A stretch of 64,000 nt of DNA from Octopus vulgaris. Lineage: Eukaryota. Of this stretch, positions 13,090-25,691 are shown one piece after another. The notes below the pieces were generated by a model, which made no database searches, was not told the origin of the DNA, and saw nothing but the letters and a program-made list of their open reading frames with translations. The stretch covers positions 80,662,001 to 80,726,000 of the forward strand of contig OX597814.1 of the NCBI GenBank assembly GCA_951406725.2, in the 5' to 3' direction. A program made the position numbers and the translations under genes. Position 1 is the stretch's first letter. Each line of letters starts with the position of its first letter.

Positions 13090-13900
13090 GATATGAAAAA
13101 ACACAAGAATTTATCTAAATCTTTAACTCCTAAATAGAGCATAGGTCATTGATGTCTTTTCTCTACTGTTCTTGAATCTAGGTAGTCTTCAGGGCTGCTT
13201 CTTCAGTATGAGGATAACATCCCCTGAGTGAAGCATGATTCCTCTCCCAGGTCTTATTGGTTTGAATGGTCATTGATGCTTCTGAAGTTTTTCTTTTTCT
13301 TTTTTTTTCTTCTAGGTAGAGGTGTTGACCCTACACAAACCTATTTTTACCTCTGGGAAGAGGTGGTCCATTTTGGCCTTGCCTCTATCCTTTGGCCCAT
13401 CCAAGAGCTTGTGCTTTGCTGGCATAGTTCTAGGTGTGAAACACCATCCACCACACTACAAATAACTACACAGTTGCTCCCTTTTAGCTTGTAAAAAAAT
13501 ATATTGGAAGAAAATATGAGATGCTTTAACAACCTGTTATCAGCATAAACATATAAAGGAAATCAGAAACCTTTAAGCCAGGTCATTATTGTGAATTTCT
13601 GGTGGATTTTGTAACCTTTATTACACTTTCCACTTCCTGTTATTTTAGACATTTTTGGTAAATCCAGTTACCATAATCTTACACAGTTTTCAAGTAAATG
13701 TAGTGATGGATTCCTTTTTACACAATATAGTTGGATTGCTGACAGCAACTTCAAACAACTTTTGCCATTATCTCTTTTGTTATTAATAAAGGAGCTTTTC
13801 ATTCTTCTTTTCACATTCTGTTTTTTCTTCATGATACTGACCTTTCTATAATGCCAAAAATCGATTCTTCCCCTACTCTCTCTATCTCTCTTATAGCTTT
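13090..13900 (-). mobile_element. highly decayed RTE-like LINE fragment
   Basis: Minus strand shows YADN-like motif and an RTE-type C-terminal G-x-R-x-RG/AR-P-K signature. Confidence 0.4.
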
Positions 13901-13999
13901 TTTATTTTTATAAGAAAAACTGGCTTGGTGTTCTCTGCATCATTACTACTGCAAATGATGGTCTATTCATCATAACCTTTGTTGCATTTATCTTCAGTG

Positions 14000-14370
14000 C
14001 ACAGAGATAAGTAGCTTACTTTCTGACTACAGGGTTCTAGGTTCAGTCCTACTGCCTGGCACCAAGGGCAAGTGCAGGCTACTATAGCCCCAGGCCAATC
14101 AAAGCCTTGTGAGTGGATTTGGCAGATAGAAACTAAAAGATGCCTGTTGCATTTATGTGTTTGTGTGTGTCTGTGTTTGTCCCCACCACCACTTGACAAC
14201 CAATGTTGGTTTGTTTACATCCCTATCACTTAGCAGTTCAGCTGACAGAATAACTACCAGGCTTTAAAACAAAAAATAAGTACTGGGTTCAATTCATTCA
14301 GCTAAAACATTTTGAGGCACAGTGCCCCAGAAGGCTGTGGCCCAATGCCTGAAACAACTAAAAGATAAAT
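14000..14370 (+). mobile_element. SINE family A
   Basis: Homology to family A. Confidence 0.8.
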
Positions 14371-14559
14371 ATGTTATATAAACTATAAATTGGTCATTTA
14401 AGAAGTTAGTCTTCGTTAAATTCTGGCCTGAACATTTCTCATGAAAAATTCATTCTAAGCATTAACTTCTGGAGATATTTTAATTAACAAACATTTCTGT
14501 TAGCTAATGAATTTATGATCTGATGCAATTATAGTCACATCTTTTATTCTTCTATTCTG

Positions 14560-14746
14560 TTATTCTTTTACTTGTTTCTGTCATTTGAAGGCAGCCTTGC
14601 TGGAGCACCACCTTTAGTCAAACAAATTGACCCCAGGACTCATACTCGGTAAGCCTAGTACTTATTCTATTGGTCTCTTTTGCTGAACTGCTAAGTTACA
14701 GGGATGTAAACACACCCACATCAATTGTCAAGTGATGGTGGAAGAG

Positions 14747-14792
<46 letters not shown>

Positions 14793-14955
14793 GATAGGCT
14801 TCTTTCAGTTTCTACCTACCAAATCCACTCACAAGGCTTTGATCAGCCTGAAGTTATAGTAAAAGACACTTGCCCATGGTACCATGCAATGGGACTGAAC
14901 CCGGAACCATGTGTTTGGAAAACAAGCTTCTTACCACACAGCCACACTCGCCTAT
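14560..14955 (-). mobile_element. SINE family A
   Basis: Homology to family A. Confidence 0.85.
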
Positions 14956-15186
14956 CTGTTTATATTTCTTAGAATGAAAGAATATTATTTTTTAAAATTC
15001 AATACAATTTAAAACAAAAAATGCAAATGCACACTTAATTTTCCTATTAGTAAAAAAAGATATTAAAGACTGAATTCAATTGTAATTATATCAATGTAAT
15101 AATTTCCACTATATAATAAAGAAACAATACAATAATTTGCATTTGAAAATAGTATTATGATTTGAGCGATGAGTAGACAAGGTCAA

Positions 15187-16085
15187 TCCTTTAGCTTTTA
15201 AACCAACCATATCTGTCCCAAATATTCTATTTGTTATTATGTTTAACTCTTTTGTTACCATATTTCTATTGAGATGCTCTGTGTTTCTTTCAATTAATTT
15301 TAAATATAACAAAGAATTTAGTAAAATAACTTAGTTATCATGAATTGGGACTTAGGTTTGGTGAAAACAAGACATTTGTACTACAGAGCCAGAGGCAGTT
15401 TCAGCCGGATTGATATCAGAAGGATTAAACTGGTCAGATTTGATCTTTCACATGATGTGCATGGATAAGAGCAGTTGCATAAAGAAATGCCAATCACTTT
15501 AAGTGCGGGGAAGTTGTGAAAGAGGGAAGTCCAGGAAGACACAGGATGAAGTATTGAAGGCTGATCTCAAAAATGCTGAGTTATATAAAGAAGATGACAG
15601 GGAACCAAGATATGTGGGGCATTGTTGTTCTTGAGAAGACCCACCCACCACAACACAATTGAAATCTTAAAACCAAGGTGCCACATAGAAACCCTTTTGT
15701 GTGGGTGCTGGTGTCACCTAAAAAACACTGGCACTGGTGTCACATAACAAGCACTGGGGCCATGTAAAAAGCATCTAATACACTCAATAAAGTGGTTGGT
15801 GTAAAGCACCTAATACACTCAATAAAGTGGTTGGTGTAAGGAAGGACATCCAGCTGTAGAAAACAAGCTAAAATGGAACCTAGTGCAGCCCCTGCCCTTG
15901 CCACTTCCTGTCAAGCTGTCCAATCCATATCAGCATGGAAAATGGTTGTTAGATGTTGATGATGATGATGATAGATGAAACAGCCACATCAGTGAAATCT
16001 TGAGGGCACAAGATAATGTATGGTTAATTCAAAACTATGTGAATATATAAGTATTACATTTGACAGTAATGTGAATGCTAAAAGG
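15187..16085. mobile_element. TTAA MITE split by a second TTAA MITE (15247-15424) and an RTE LINE 3' fragment with (GAT)n tail (~15450-15975)
   Basis: 5' and 3' parts match 12721-12940; inner element flanked by TTAA at 15243 and 15425. Confidence 0.65.
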
Positions 16086-16137
16086 TTAAACTTGAAAGGC
16101 AAAAATAGGCAATTTCTCAAAAATTCTTTTACAGACA

Positions 16138-16550
16138 TGGCACAGATGTGACTGTGGTAAGAAGCTTGCTTCCCAACCACATGGTTCCAGGTTCAGTCCT
16201 ACAGCTTGGTACCTTGGGTAAGGGTCTTCTTTTATTACTTTGGGCCAACCAAAGCATTGTGAGTGGATTTGGTAGATGGAAACTGAAAGAAGCTCATCGT
16301 GTGCATGTGTGTGTATGTGTCTTTGTGTTTGTGTTTGTCCGCCCCACCCCATCATCGCTTGACAACCAGTGTTGCTGTGTTTACATCCCTGTAAGTTAGC
16401 AGTTCAACAACGAGACCAATAGAATAAGTATTAGGTTTAAAAATAAGTCCTGAGGTCAAATTGTTTGATAGAAACACTTCAAAGCAGTGCCTCAGCATGG
16501 CCGCTGTCAAATGACCAAAACAAGTAAAAGAATAAAAATAAAAGAATAGA
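16138..16550 (+). mobile_element. SINE family A
   Basis: Homology to family A. Confidence 0.85.
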
Positions 16551-17869
16551 AAAAAGATTATCAAATATTCTGGTTACCCAATTCTAACAACCATTCAAGT
16601 ATGAATCTGCTACAGAATCACTTGATTTCCTAAAATAAAAAAAATTAAAAAAAAACAGGTGAGTCTTTGTCAAATCATACAATAAATGGAGGGAACACAG
16701 TTGATAATGAAACAAAAAAAGAAGATGGAATAATCAGAGGTGGAAAGCTTTTGATCATATGTCTGTATGCTCAAAGCTAACCTGGAGCTAAACATTTCAC
16801 ACCAACAACAGTTATTTAAAAGCAAAGAGCTAGCAAAGGAACTTCTATAGTGTCATCCAACTCGTTTAGATATACTAGATACCACTCTGTCAAATCATAT
16901 CTTAAAAAAAGAAAAGGTTATGTTGGATAATGAATTCATTGATATATTATGTATGAAAAAGGTGGGATAGTCATAGCTGAAATATTTTTGGTCACAAATT
17001 TGCTCAATCAGATCTGACTTGAAGCTAAATAGCAATAACAATAACAATAACTTAACGATAAAGAGAAGAAAACTACAGATAAAAAATTGCAAAACAAGAG
17101 AAATAAAACTACCATGATCATAATTGAACACAAAAATATACAATAAAGATAAAATGTAATTAAAAAATAAATAACTACGACTTATGTAACCAAAAAGTTC
17201 TGAATTTGCATTACATGGCACTTTGGGCAAACTTTTTTTCTGTAGATTGTGTAGACCATGGAATTTGGCAGAGAGAAATTATGTAGATGATCAATGTATA
17301 TATTGCTCATTTACTTCACATCCATTCTTCAAAGTCAACATTGGATGGACAGAGACTTCTTGAGGCATAATTTTATGGATCTTGTCACCACTTCTTACCT
17401 GTTTTCAAGTAAGGGTTTTTCTTTTTTACTGGTCTTTTCTTTCACTGGTCTTTAAAAGTACAGAGCTACAGGAATGAAAAACATATGCTTTTGCTCAAGC
17501 AGCGCCATATGAAAATGCAAAATGTAAACATTCATGCACATTGTGTGTGTGTGTGTGTGTGGGTGTTAATACGCTTAATTATATTCACATTTGCATAATT
17601 TTCAAAAGTTTTGAGGGACATGAAACACTTTTGAAAATTATACAAACATGAAACCAGTTAAGTATACTGATAGTAATATAAATAAATACTTATATAGCCC
17701 CTTTCTGCATTTTCAACTTCATTTATTTCTTCCATACTATATCTATCTGTCTGTCAATCTCTGTCTATCAACCAATTTCTCTCCCTACATGTATGTATGT
17801 ATGTATGTATGTATGTATGTATGTATGTATGTAGATGTGTGCATACACATTATATTTCCAGCATTTGTA

Positions 17870-18200
17870 ACATTACTCCAGCCTTCTTGCATAGGTGAAC
17901 AGGGCTTCCTAGGTAGTGTATGTCACCTATCATTTCAGTCTTTTGTCATTTCCTCTCTGCAGCTAAGCATCCTGATATCACTCTCTGCCTCCTCATCACA
18001 CATCTTCCTGGATTTACTCCTTCCACAGGCTACATCCACTGTAAGCAATCAGCATTTCTTTATACACCTGTTCAAACACTATATGCATCACATGTCCATG
18101 CTAATGTAATCTCTCTTGCACACCACATCTGATTCCTCTTATGTTCAGTTTTCCTCATAAACACTGAATTAGCAAAGCATGCTTGCTTCATTTGCTCCTA
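17870..18200 (-). mobile_element. RTE LINE 3' fragment
   Basis: Homologous to 15450-15650 in reverse (KKC...V...RSKSRK motif region). Confidence 0.5.
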
Positions 18201-18247
18201 ATCTTTACTCCTCTATTTTCAAGACCCACACATCTCACCTCTCTCTC

Positions 18248-18291
<44 letters not shown>

Positions 18292-18295
<4 letters not shown>

Positions 18296-18810
18296 AATTG
18301 AGATAGGGGTTGTAAATGCAACCCTCCATGGGATAACATATATCCAATATACTGCTAGTGAAGTACCCAACAAAGTTAATACATAAATGTTAAGGATTGC
18401 GATGCAATCAATTCATTTACTGTATTATATGGGCAAAGGTAAAATGATTTACCACAAATTACTAATACAAGATAAGAAAATGGAGAAATACATCTAAATC
18501 AAATATCAATTACCAGATAATACTCAATCACATACTTTATTAAACCACCACATAAGAGACTGTAGGGTTAAGCATAAATAAGCAGAACAAATCAGTGAAC
18601 ATAAAGGAATGTACATAAAAAAGTGTACATAAAAGAGTAATGTTGTATAATAAGTAGAATATATATAAAAATAGAGAATATAAATATAAGTAAATATAAA
18701 TATAAGTATAGATTACATCTTATGTGGTGATTTAATAAAGTATGTGATTGAGTATTATCTGGTAATTGATATTTGATTTAGATGTATTTCTCCATTTTCT
18801 TATCTTGTAT
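18292..18810 (-). mobile_element. (TA)n-flanked element with 93-bp inverted duplication (Penelope pLTR-like)
   Basis: 18465-18557 vs 18718-18810 inverted with 1 mismatch; TA tracts on both sides. Confidence 0.6.
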
Positions 18811-18891
18811 ATATATATATATTTACACACACACATGTGTGAGTGTGTAAATATATATGTGTGTGTGTGTACATATATATATACTTATATA

Positions 18892-20182
18892 CTAGGGGCG
18901 TTCAATAAGTAATGCCTCTGACCCACTTGCCTTTGATTGATCTAGCTGAAATTTTGCATGTGCAATTATCGATATCTCTATAGATTAAGTGGCAAATTAC
19001 AGCTCCGAACTAATTGTGGTTTCTGATTTACAGGTGTTTGAAATGAGTCAAGTGGGAAATGGAGCATGTTGAGTGTCGAGCAGTAATCCGGTTTTTGTAT
19101 TTGAAATGACGCACACCACAGGAGACTTTTAATGAAATGAAAGTAACTTATGGTGATGATGCCCCATCATATGACCTTGTAAAACGCTGGCATCGTGAAT
19201 TCAAACATGGTCGGAACTCTGTGGAAACAGCTCCCAGATCTGGTCGCACCCCTTCTACCATTGATGAGGCATCTGTCCGTCAAGTTGAGGCTGCCATTTT
19301 GGAAGATCGACACATAACTATTCGCCAAATAGCCCATGAGGTCAAGATTAGTACCAGGTCTGTGGAAACTATCATTCATGACCATTTGCATATGCAAAAG
19401 GTGTCTGCCAGATGGATTTCCAGGTTGCTCACACTTTTCCAGAAGCAAGAGCGCAAGAATTCCAGAAGCAAGAATTTAGGGATGTGCCAAGAAGATGAGT
19501 CAAAATTTTTCAAAAGACTGATTACACAGGATGAGACCTGGGTCCATCACTATGATCCAGAGACCAAAGCCCAGTCAATGCAGTAGAAGCACCATGACTC
19601 ACCTCCTCCAAAGAAGGCAAGGGTGCAGCCCTCCGCTGGCAAGGTCATGCTCACAGTCTTCTGGGACCAGGACGGAGTAGTGATGACAGATTTCCTGGCA
19701 AAGGGTACCACAATTACAGGAGCCTATCATGTTTCACTTTTGAAGAAATTAAGAGATGCTATCGAAACCAAGAGGCGGGGCAAGATCAGCAAAGGCATCC
19801 TCCTCCTGCAGGACAACGCTCCGGTCCACAACTCGCGTGTCGCCAGATCAGAAGCACAGGCGTGCGGCTATGAACTCTTCCCCATCCCCCTACTCTCCTG
19901 ACCTTGCACCCTCTGATTTTCACCTCTTCCCAGCCATGAGGTTGTTTTTGAAAGGAAAGCGTTTCCCAGATGATGCAGCCTTGATTTCTGAAGTCACGTT
20001 GTGGTTGGAGGACCAAGCTGGGGTCTTCTACGAAAACGGTCTCCAGAACTGCATCAAACGATGGGAGAAATGCATACCTCTGGGTTGTTCCTATGTAGAA
20101 AAAGACTAATACCTGTGCCAAGTTTCGTTGCTCTACTGCTATGGGAAGTGGGTCAGGGGCATTACTTATTGAATGCCCCTCG
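18892..20182 (+). mobile_element. full-length mariner (DD34D, irritans-like), transposase pseudogenised
   Basis: TA TSD; ~37-bp TIRs c(t/g)aggggc(g/a)ttcaataagtaatgcc; ATG 19059 to TAA 20109; TQDETW, QDNA, YSPDLAPSDF; in-frame stops and a frameshift. Confidence 0.95.
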
Positions 20183-20189
20183 TATATGA

Positions 20190-20517
20190 AGGGTAAAAGG
20201 ACAAATACCTCCTTTTGTCATGAATGTGCATGGGATTGCACTTAGAAAGTCCCCTTCTGAGGCACAAGTCCAGGCATGGTTGTTTATGAAAGACCAGCAG
20301 TTGCCCATGCATACCAGTCTCCCCTCCCTGCACCACCAAAGTTATCCAAGGGAAAGGCAAAGGCTGATACAACTTACCATTAGTGACATTGCAATTCATT
20401 TCTACAGCTGAGTGAACTGGAGCAGCATGAAATAAAGTGTCTTGTTTAAAAACAAAGCATACGGCCCAGTCCAGGACCTCATGATTGTGAGCCCAAAACT
20501 CTAACCCCTGAGCCATA
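20190..20517 (-). mobile_element. tRNA-derived SINE family C (also 42810-43025, 51055-51342)
   Basis: Minus-strand head tggctcaggggttagag (A box); shared body ggaaaggcaaaggctgatac...ctacagctgagtgaactggagc. Confidence 0.75.
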
Positions 20518-20628
20518 TATATGTATTGTCGGTAGAACATAAATCTGAAAAAGAAGCACACTCTAAGTTATAGAGCAGTATATAATATAAATAAAGTTAG
20601 ATAAGGCTGGTTTATGGTATTACCTTTA

Positions 20629-20776
20629 GTTTCATGTTCATAAAGCACTTAGCATTATAGCTTATCATCAAATCCAAAAACTTGTAGGCTTAGGGCCACT
20701 TTAGAGAGGCCTTAAGCCAACAGGTTTTGGGATCTGATGATATGCTGTAAAGCTAAGCACTATATGAATGTGAAAC
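20629..20776. repeat. 69-bp imperfect hairpin with 10-nt loop
   Basis: 20629-20697 pairs with 20708-20776; about 56 Watson-Crick pairs, 5 G-U, 8 mismatches, no indels. Confidence 0.85.
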
Positions 20777-20792
20777 CCAGAAAAAAGCAGGT

Positions 20793-20985
20793 TAGTTCAC
20801 TGGTGTAATCGGTAACACACTTAGTTGTGTAAACAAAAGGGATGTGCGTTCAAGTCCCACGCATATGGGAAAAACCTACGTTTTTCTGTTGAAGGCTTAT
20901 ATGCCCCATTATTAGACTATTTTCCTTAGTCATTGTGCGGTGATCACTATAAGCTTTAAGCTTATAAAATACTATTATTATTATT
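20793..20985 (+). ncRNA. tRNA-derived Pol III unit or rare SINE
   Basis: A box tggtgtaatcgg (20801) with D-stem gtgt/acac; T-arm gtgcg-ttcaagt-cccac; T6 run at 20881; (TAT)n at ~20973. Confidence 0.5.
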
Positions 20986-21317
20986 TACAGAATTGTAAAA
21001 CTCAACACTGCTTGACAAAACCATTCACAGTGAATACACACACACACACCGAAACGTAGAGTAGATGAAATTAAGGCAACTGAAGAAGGGGAATTTTCCT
21101 TGTTTTGTATGTCCTGTACTCTATTTTTCGTTGTTTAAAAAAATGTCCATTTCCTTGGTTTTGTGTTTATGTTTTCGTTTCTCATTGTGTTCGACGTTTT
21201 TTTTGGTGTCCTGTACCCATATATGCATGTATATATACATATAGAGGTAGGTACGTACATATATGTATGTATATATGCATATGTTTCATTTATTTTTAAT
21301 TTATTATATATATATAC

Positions 21318-21355
<38 letters not shown>

Positions 21356-21378
21356 GCATACATACATACATACATACA

Positions 21379-21414
<36 letters not shown>

Positions 21415-21424
21415 CATACATATC

Positions 21425-21805
21425 GTTAATTAAATATATTCAATGAGAATGTAATATAAGTGCTCTTGGTAAGGAAATGTGTAAAACATTATAGGTATTT
21501 AGACATTTAATAATAGCGATTATTTATTATATTATAAAATAAAAGCAGGAAAATTACAGCGAAAAATCATCACAGAAGATATAAATCCAAAATAATATTG
21601 TATTAATAGAAAGATGTATAAATATATGAAGCATGATAATTTAAAAAGTTTAAAAGTTAAAAATATCTGACGATCATTTCATGAATGTATTACCATTAGG
21701 AATGGAATTTAAAATTGATAATCAGTATTAGGTAATACATTCAGAATCAAATGCTGTTTAAAAATATTTGAAAAAGATGTTGTTTAAAAAGTCTTATTTT
21801 ATAAT
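21425..21805 (-). mobile_element. Penelope-like 3' remnant with degenerate hammerhead (21664-21755)
   Basis: Minus strand: 13-bp stem tgaatgtattacc/ggtaatacattca, then t-GAAA-tgatcg-TC-agat; microsatellite flanks. Confidence 0.5.
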
Positions 21806-22189
21806 ACACACACACACACGCACATACACTTATATATATACACATGTGAATAGGCAAATGAAAGAAAAATTCATTCAACATCATATTCCAACAACACCAT
21901 ATGACCCACCTTAACCAATAAATAGCAACCCATTTTCCAGCAGCCATCTTGGACTACTTGTGCCCTTCCATTTGCTAATCTTAGCCAGAATGAGCTAGGA
22001 TTCTGCATGAAGACTATGAACCTTTAAGTCACACAAAGCCAAATTAAATGGTTTTAAACAGTAAAGTGGGTAAGTTTCTTTCAAGTGTTGCGTCTCATGG
22101 AGGCAAGGTGGCTGAGTTTCTTTTGAGCGTTGGGCCTCACAAAGGCAAAGTGCATGTAAATGCACCCTGATATCATACAAATGACACCT

Positions 22190-22400
22190 ATGCCAGTGGC
22201 ACATAAAAGCACACATTACACTCTCGGAGTGGTTGGTGTTAGGATGGGTGTCCAGCCATAGAAAACCATGCCAAATCAGACTGAAGTCTAGTGCAGCCTT
22301 CCAGTATGCCAGCCCAGATAGACCATCCAACCCTTGCCAGCATGGACAATGGACATTAAATGATGACGATGATGATGATGACGATGATGGTGATGATGAT
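22190..22400 (+). mobile_element. RTE-tailed SINE/LINE 3' end, family D, (GAT)n tail (other copies 27310-27555, 28155-28560, 31875-32150, 33305-33500, 36628-36723, 44780-45005)
   Basis: Shared gtggttggtgttaggaagggcatccagc...ccatgccagcatggaaa...gacgttaaatgatgat. Confidence 0.75.
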
Positions 22401-22766
22401 GGTATAGATGTAGATATACAGATATATTTTTATTAATATTTAGCAGAATTAACAGTGACTCATGTACATACCTACATACATACATACATACATACATACA
22501 TACATACATACATACATACATACACACATACATAAATACATACATGAAAGTCTTCTTTCTGTTTCCAATTATCAAATCCACACACAGGTCTTTTGTTGCC
22601 CAGGGTTATAGTAGAAAACATTTATCCAAAGTGCTACACAGTGGGACTGAACCTGAAATTATGCAGTTGAGAAGTTAACTTCTATGTTTTTTAATTAGTC
22701 AAAGCACAAAAGTGCAAGAATTTGCTGAAGGCCAAGAATTTATTTTTACTTACATTCAAGCATGTG

Positions 22767-22804
<38 letters not shown>

Positions 22805-23014
22805 GTGTGTGTGCTTTTTTCTTGTCAGATAATATATAATTAATTTTTTTTATGTATGCTTTTCTCGATTTTGTATTTAAAATTATATGATATCATTCTT
22901 GCCCAAGGTGTCTAAAATTATAATAATCTTGCAGAGGGAACGTTTCTGTTCATACCAAACCATCTGCAAAATGTTTCCACTTATAGGTATATGTTTTGTT
23001 TCTAATATTCTTTA

Positions 23015-23385
23015 ATTCTTTTATTTGTTTCAGTCATTTGACTGTGGCCATGCTGGAGCACCACCTTTAGTCGAACAAATCAACCCCAGGACTTATTCTT
23101 TGTAAGCCTAGTACTTATTCTATGAGTCTCATTTGCCGAACCTCTAGTTATGGGGGTGTAAACACACCAACATTGGTTGTCAAGTGATGGTGGGGAGACA
23201 AACACAGATACATAAACACACACACACACATATATACGACAGGCTTCTTTCAGTTTCCCTCTACCAAACCCACTCACAAGGCCTTAGTCGGTCCAAAGCT
23301 ATAGTAGAAGACACTTGCCCAAGAACTGAACCTGGAATCATGTGGTTGGTAAGCAAGCTCCCTACCACACAACCACTCCTGCATG
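23015..23385 (-). mobile_element. SINE family A
   Basis: Homology to family A. Confidence 0.85.
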
Positions 23386-23490
23386 TAACTATTTATTTCA
23401 AAACCAATTTCAAAACATCTGTAGAATCTCAATATTTGTATATCCTGTGTTTTGCATTCATCCAGGACCCAAGCAGTCAGTCAATTATCT

Positions 23491-23530
<40 letters not shown>

Positions 23531-24990
23531 TTCATATGCATGGGTGGAGAAAGTAATGTAGCAGTGCAGAATAGACTTCAGAGGAGATGTAATACACAGT
23601 GTTAACAAAAATTCATACAGAATTTCCCTAGTAAATTCTGCTTGAATAATATATACTTAGGTTTGATGTAAGAATATTAATTTTGGATATATTCTGCTGA
23701 ACTGGTGAAATTTGGCAACTTTGGCTAATATTGCATGATAATTTTCAATTGCTCTCACTTCAGGCAGCAACAATAATTGTGAAAGTGATATCAAAAGTAG
23801 TGCACAATATTGACGTGACTTTCCTAATGCATTCATAGAGAAAAATAAATGTTGTGGGCAATTAAAATTTTCCACAATCAATAAATTGCACTCTATTTAG
23901 ATCCTCAATGGATAAATGGTTAAAAATCAATAAGTTGAGAGCTAATAGACAGAAACCAAACAAAAAAAATGTAAGAAGTGTTTTGTGGTTTCAGCCTTCA
24001 GTAAGTTCATCTTTGGAAGAAATACCAAAACAAAAAGATGGACAAAGTTAAAAAATGAAAAAGTGATGTGATAAAACATTTATTGTTTAATTGTATTGGT
24101 TAGAATGGGGATTATTTTGAATCAAAGTGTTTGTGTATTGAATGCAGAAAGGTTTTTAGTAATAGAAGCTTAAATCCCACAAATGTTTCACTTAAAGATA
24201 ACACATGAATTTTTAAAAACTCCAAGAGAAGAATGTTTTGAAAATAAGTGTTTGGAATTGAATCAAAGGAAAACTACATTTTCAGAAACATTGTCATTTA
24301 TATGATAAAAGAAAATGCTTTCCTGGCTTCATATCATATTAATAAAGCTAGGTAAAATATAATTACAGAAAACTTAATAAAGCCTTGTGCAAAAGATTTC
24401 AGTGAAATGCATGGAAGATAAGAAATACATAAAAAAAATCAACAGCATATCACTTTCTAATGACATAGATGACATATTTTCATGAAATGTCAAATTTTGA
24501 TAAAACTACTGCAATAAGGCAGGTTAAAATGAATCCAGAATTCTCTCTTCAAAAGGATCAATCAACAAACATTTTTTCTTCTGTTCATATGCTATGTTTA
24601 TGAAGAGGGTACAAAGGAAGATTTGTTAATGTCAGCTTTTGGAGAGTCATGTTAGATGGGGAAGTAATATTTCATTTAATTAATTCATTTCTAGTTACAA
24701 ATGAAATCTCATGGAATCTTGTTCAAGCGTTTATACAAATGGAGGTGCTGCTGTTGTAGAGAAAATTTCTGATCTGTTGCAAGAATTAAGACAATCAGAA
24801 TCCTGAAAGTATCCACAATTGTCTTCATTACCAAGCGGAGCAGCTGAATATATACTACAGATCTGAAATAACTGATGTTGTAAAACAGTTTAGTTTTATT
24901 TAACCAAGGCCGCTAAATGGAAGAATCTGATATTTATTCTGTGAAAATATCAGAAGTCTGCATGTAACTTTATTATTACATACAGAAGTA

Positions 24991-25205
24991 AGGCGGTGAG
25001 CTGGCAGAATCATCAGCATGTTGGGCAAAATGCTTAGTGGCATTTAATTTGTCTTTATGTTCTGAGTACAAATTCCACCAAGGTCGACTTTGCCTTTCAT
25101 CCTTTTGGGGTCAATAAATTAAGTACCAGTGAAACACTGGGGTCGATGTAACTGACTAGTTCCCTCCCACAAAATTTCAGGCATTGTGCCTTTAATAGAA
25201 AGGAT
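24991..25205 (+). mobile_element. SINE family B with ~18-bp degenerate TSD
   Basis: ttattacatacagaagta before and ttattttatacaggagta after. Confidence 0.85.
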
Positions 25206-25553
25206 TATTTTATACAGGAGTATGCTGGTTATCATGCTGAAATGTGTAGGGAAGGTTTTTCAATCTGCATAAAGACATTGGGTTATTTCAAGAACATTTG
25301 TTCAAACTTTCAGTCAATCTAAAAGAGTCAGTGTTGAATGGAAAATAAATGGCTTTCAGATATATTCAATTCAATAAAGTTAATCTTGCAATGTAGGCTA
25401 CTGACAAAACATGTTTCAGAGTCCGAAGCAAAATGAATGCATTGAAGTGTAAACTAAAATTTTAGTGGGGACCATCTAACTAATAATGATCTTGAATGTC
25501 ATGAAGACCTTAGTCATTTCTTGTTTCAAACAAACGTTTTCTGAGATGAAATA

Positions 25554-25630
25554 CTGTGTTGGCCAAAAAGTCTGTTTGATTTTTGTCAACAGTAAACTTC
25601 AAGCACTTCTGTCTGTCCCTTGTGCATACA

Positions 25631-25691
<61 letters not shown>

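Noticed and set aside
15760-15840. ~36-bp tandem duplication
   Set aside because: Ordinary slippage within a repeat element; only two units, not CRISPR-like
20734-20776. CTGATGA...GAAA within the hairpin's right arm as a hammerhead
   Set aside because: No convincing stem II closure or stem III/UH; explained by the long hairpin
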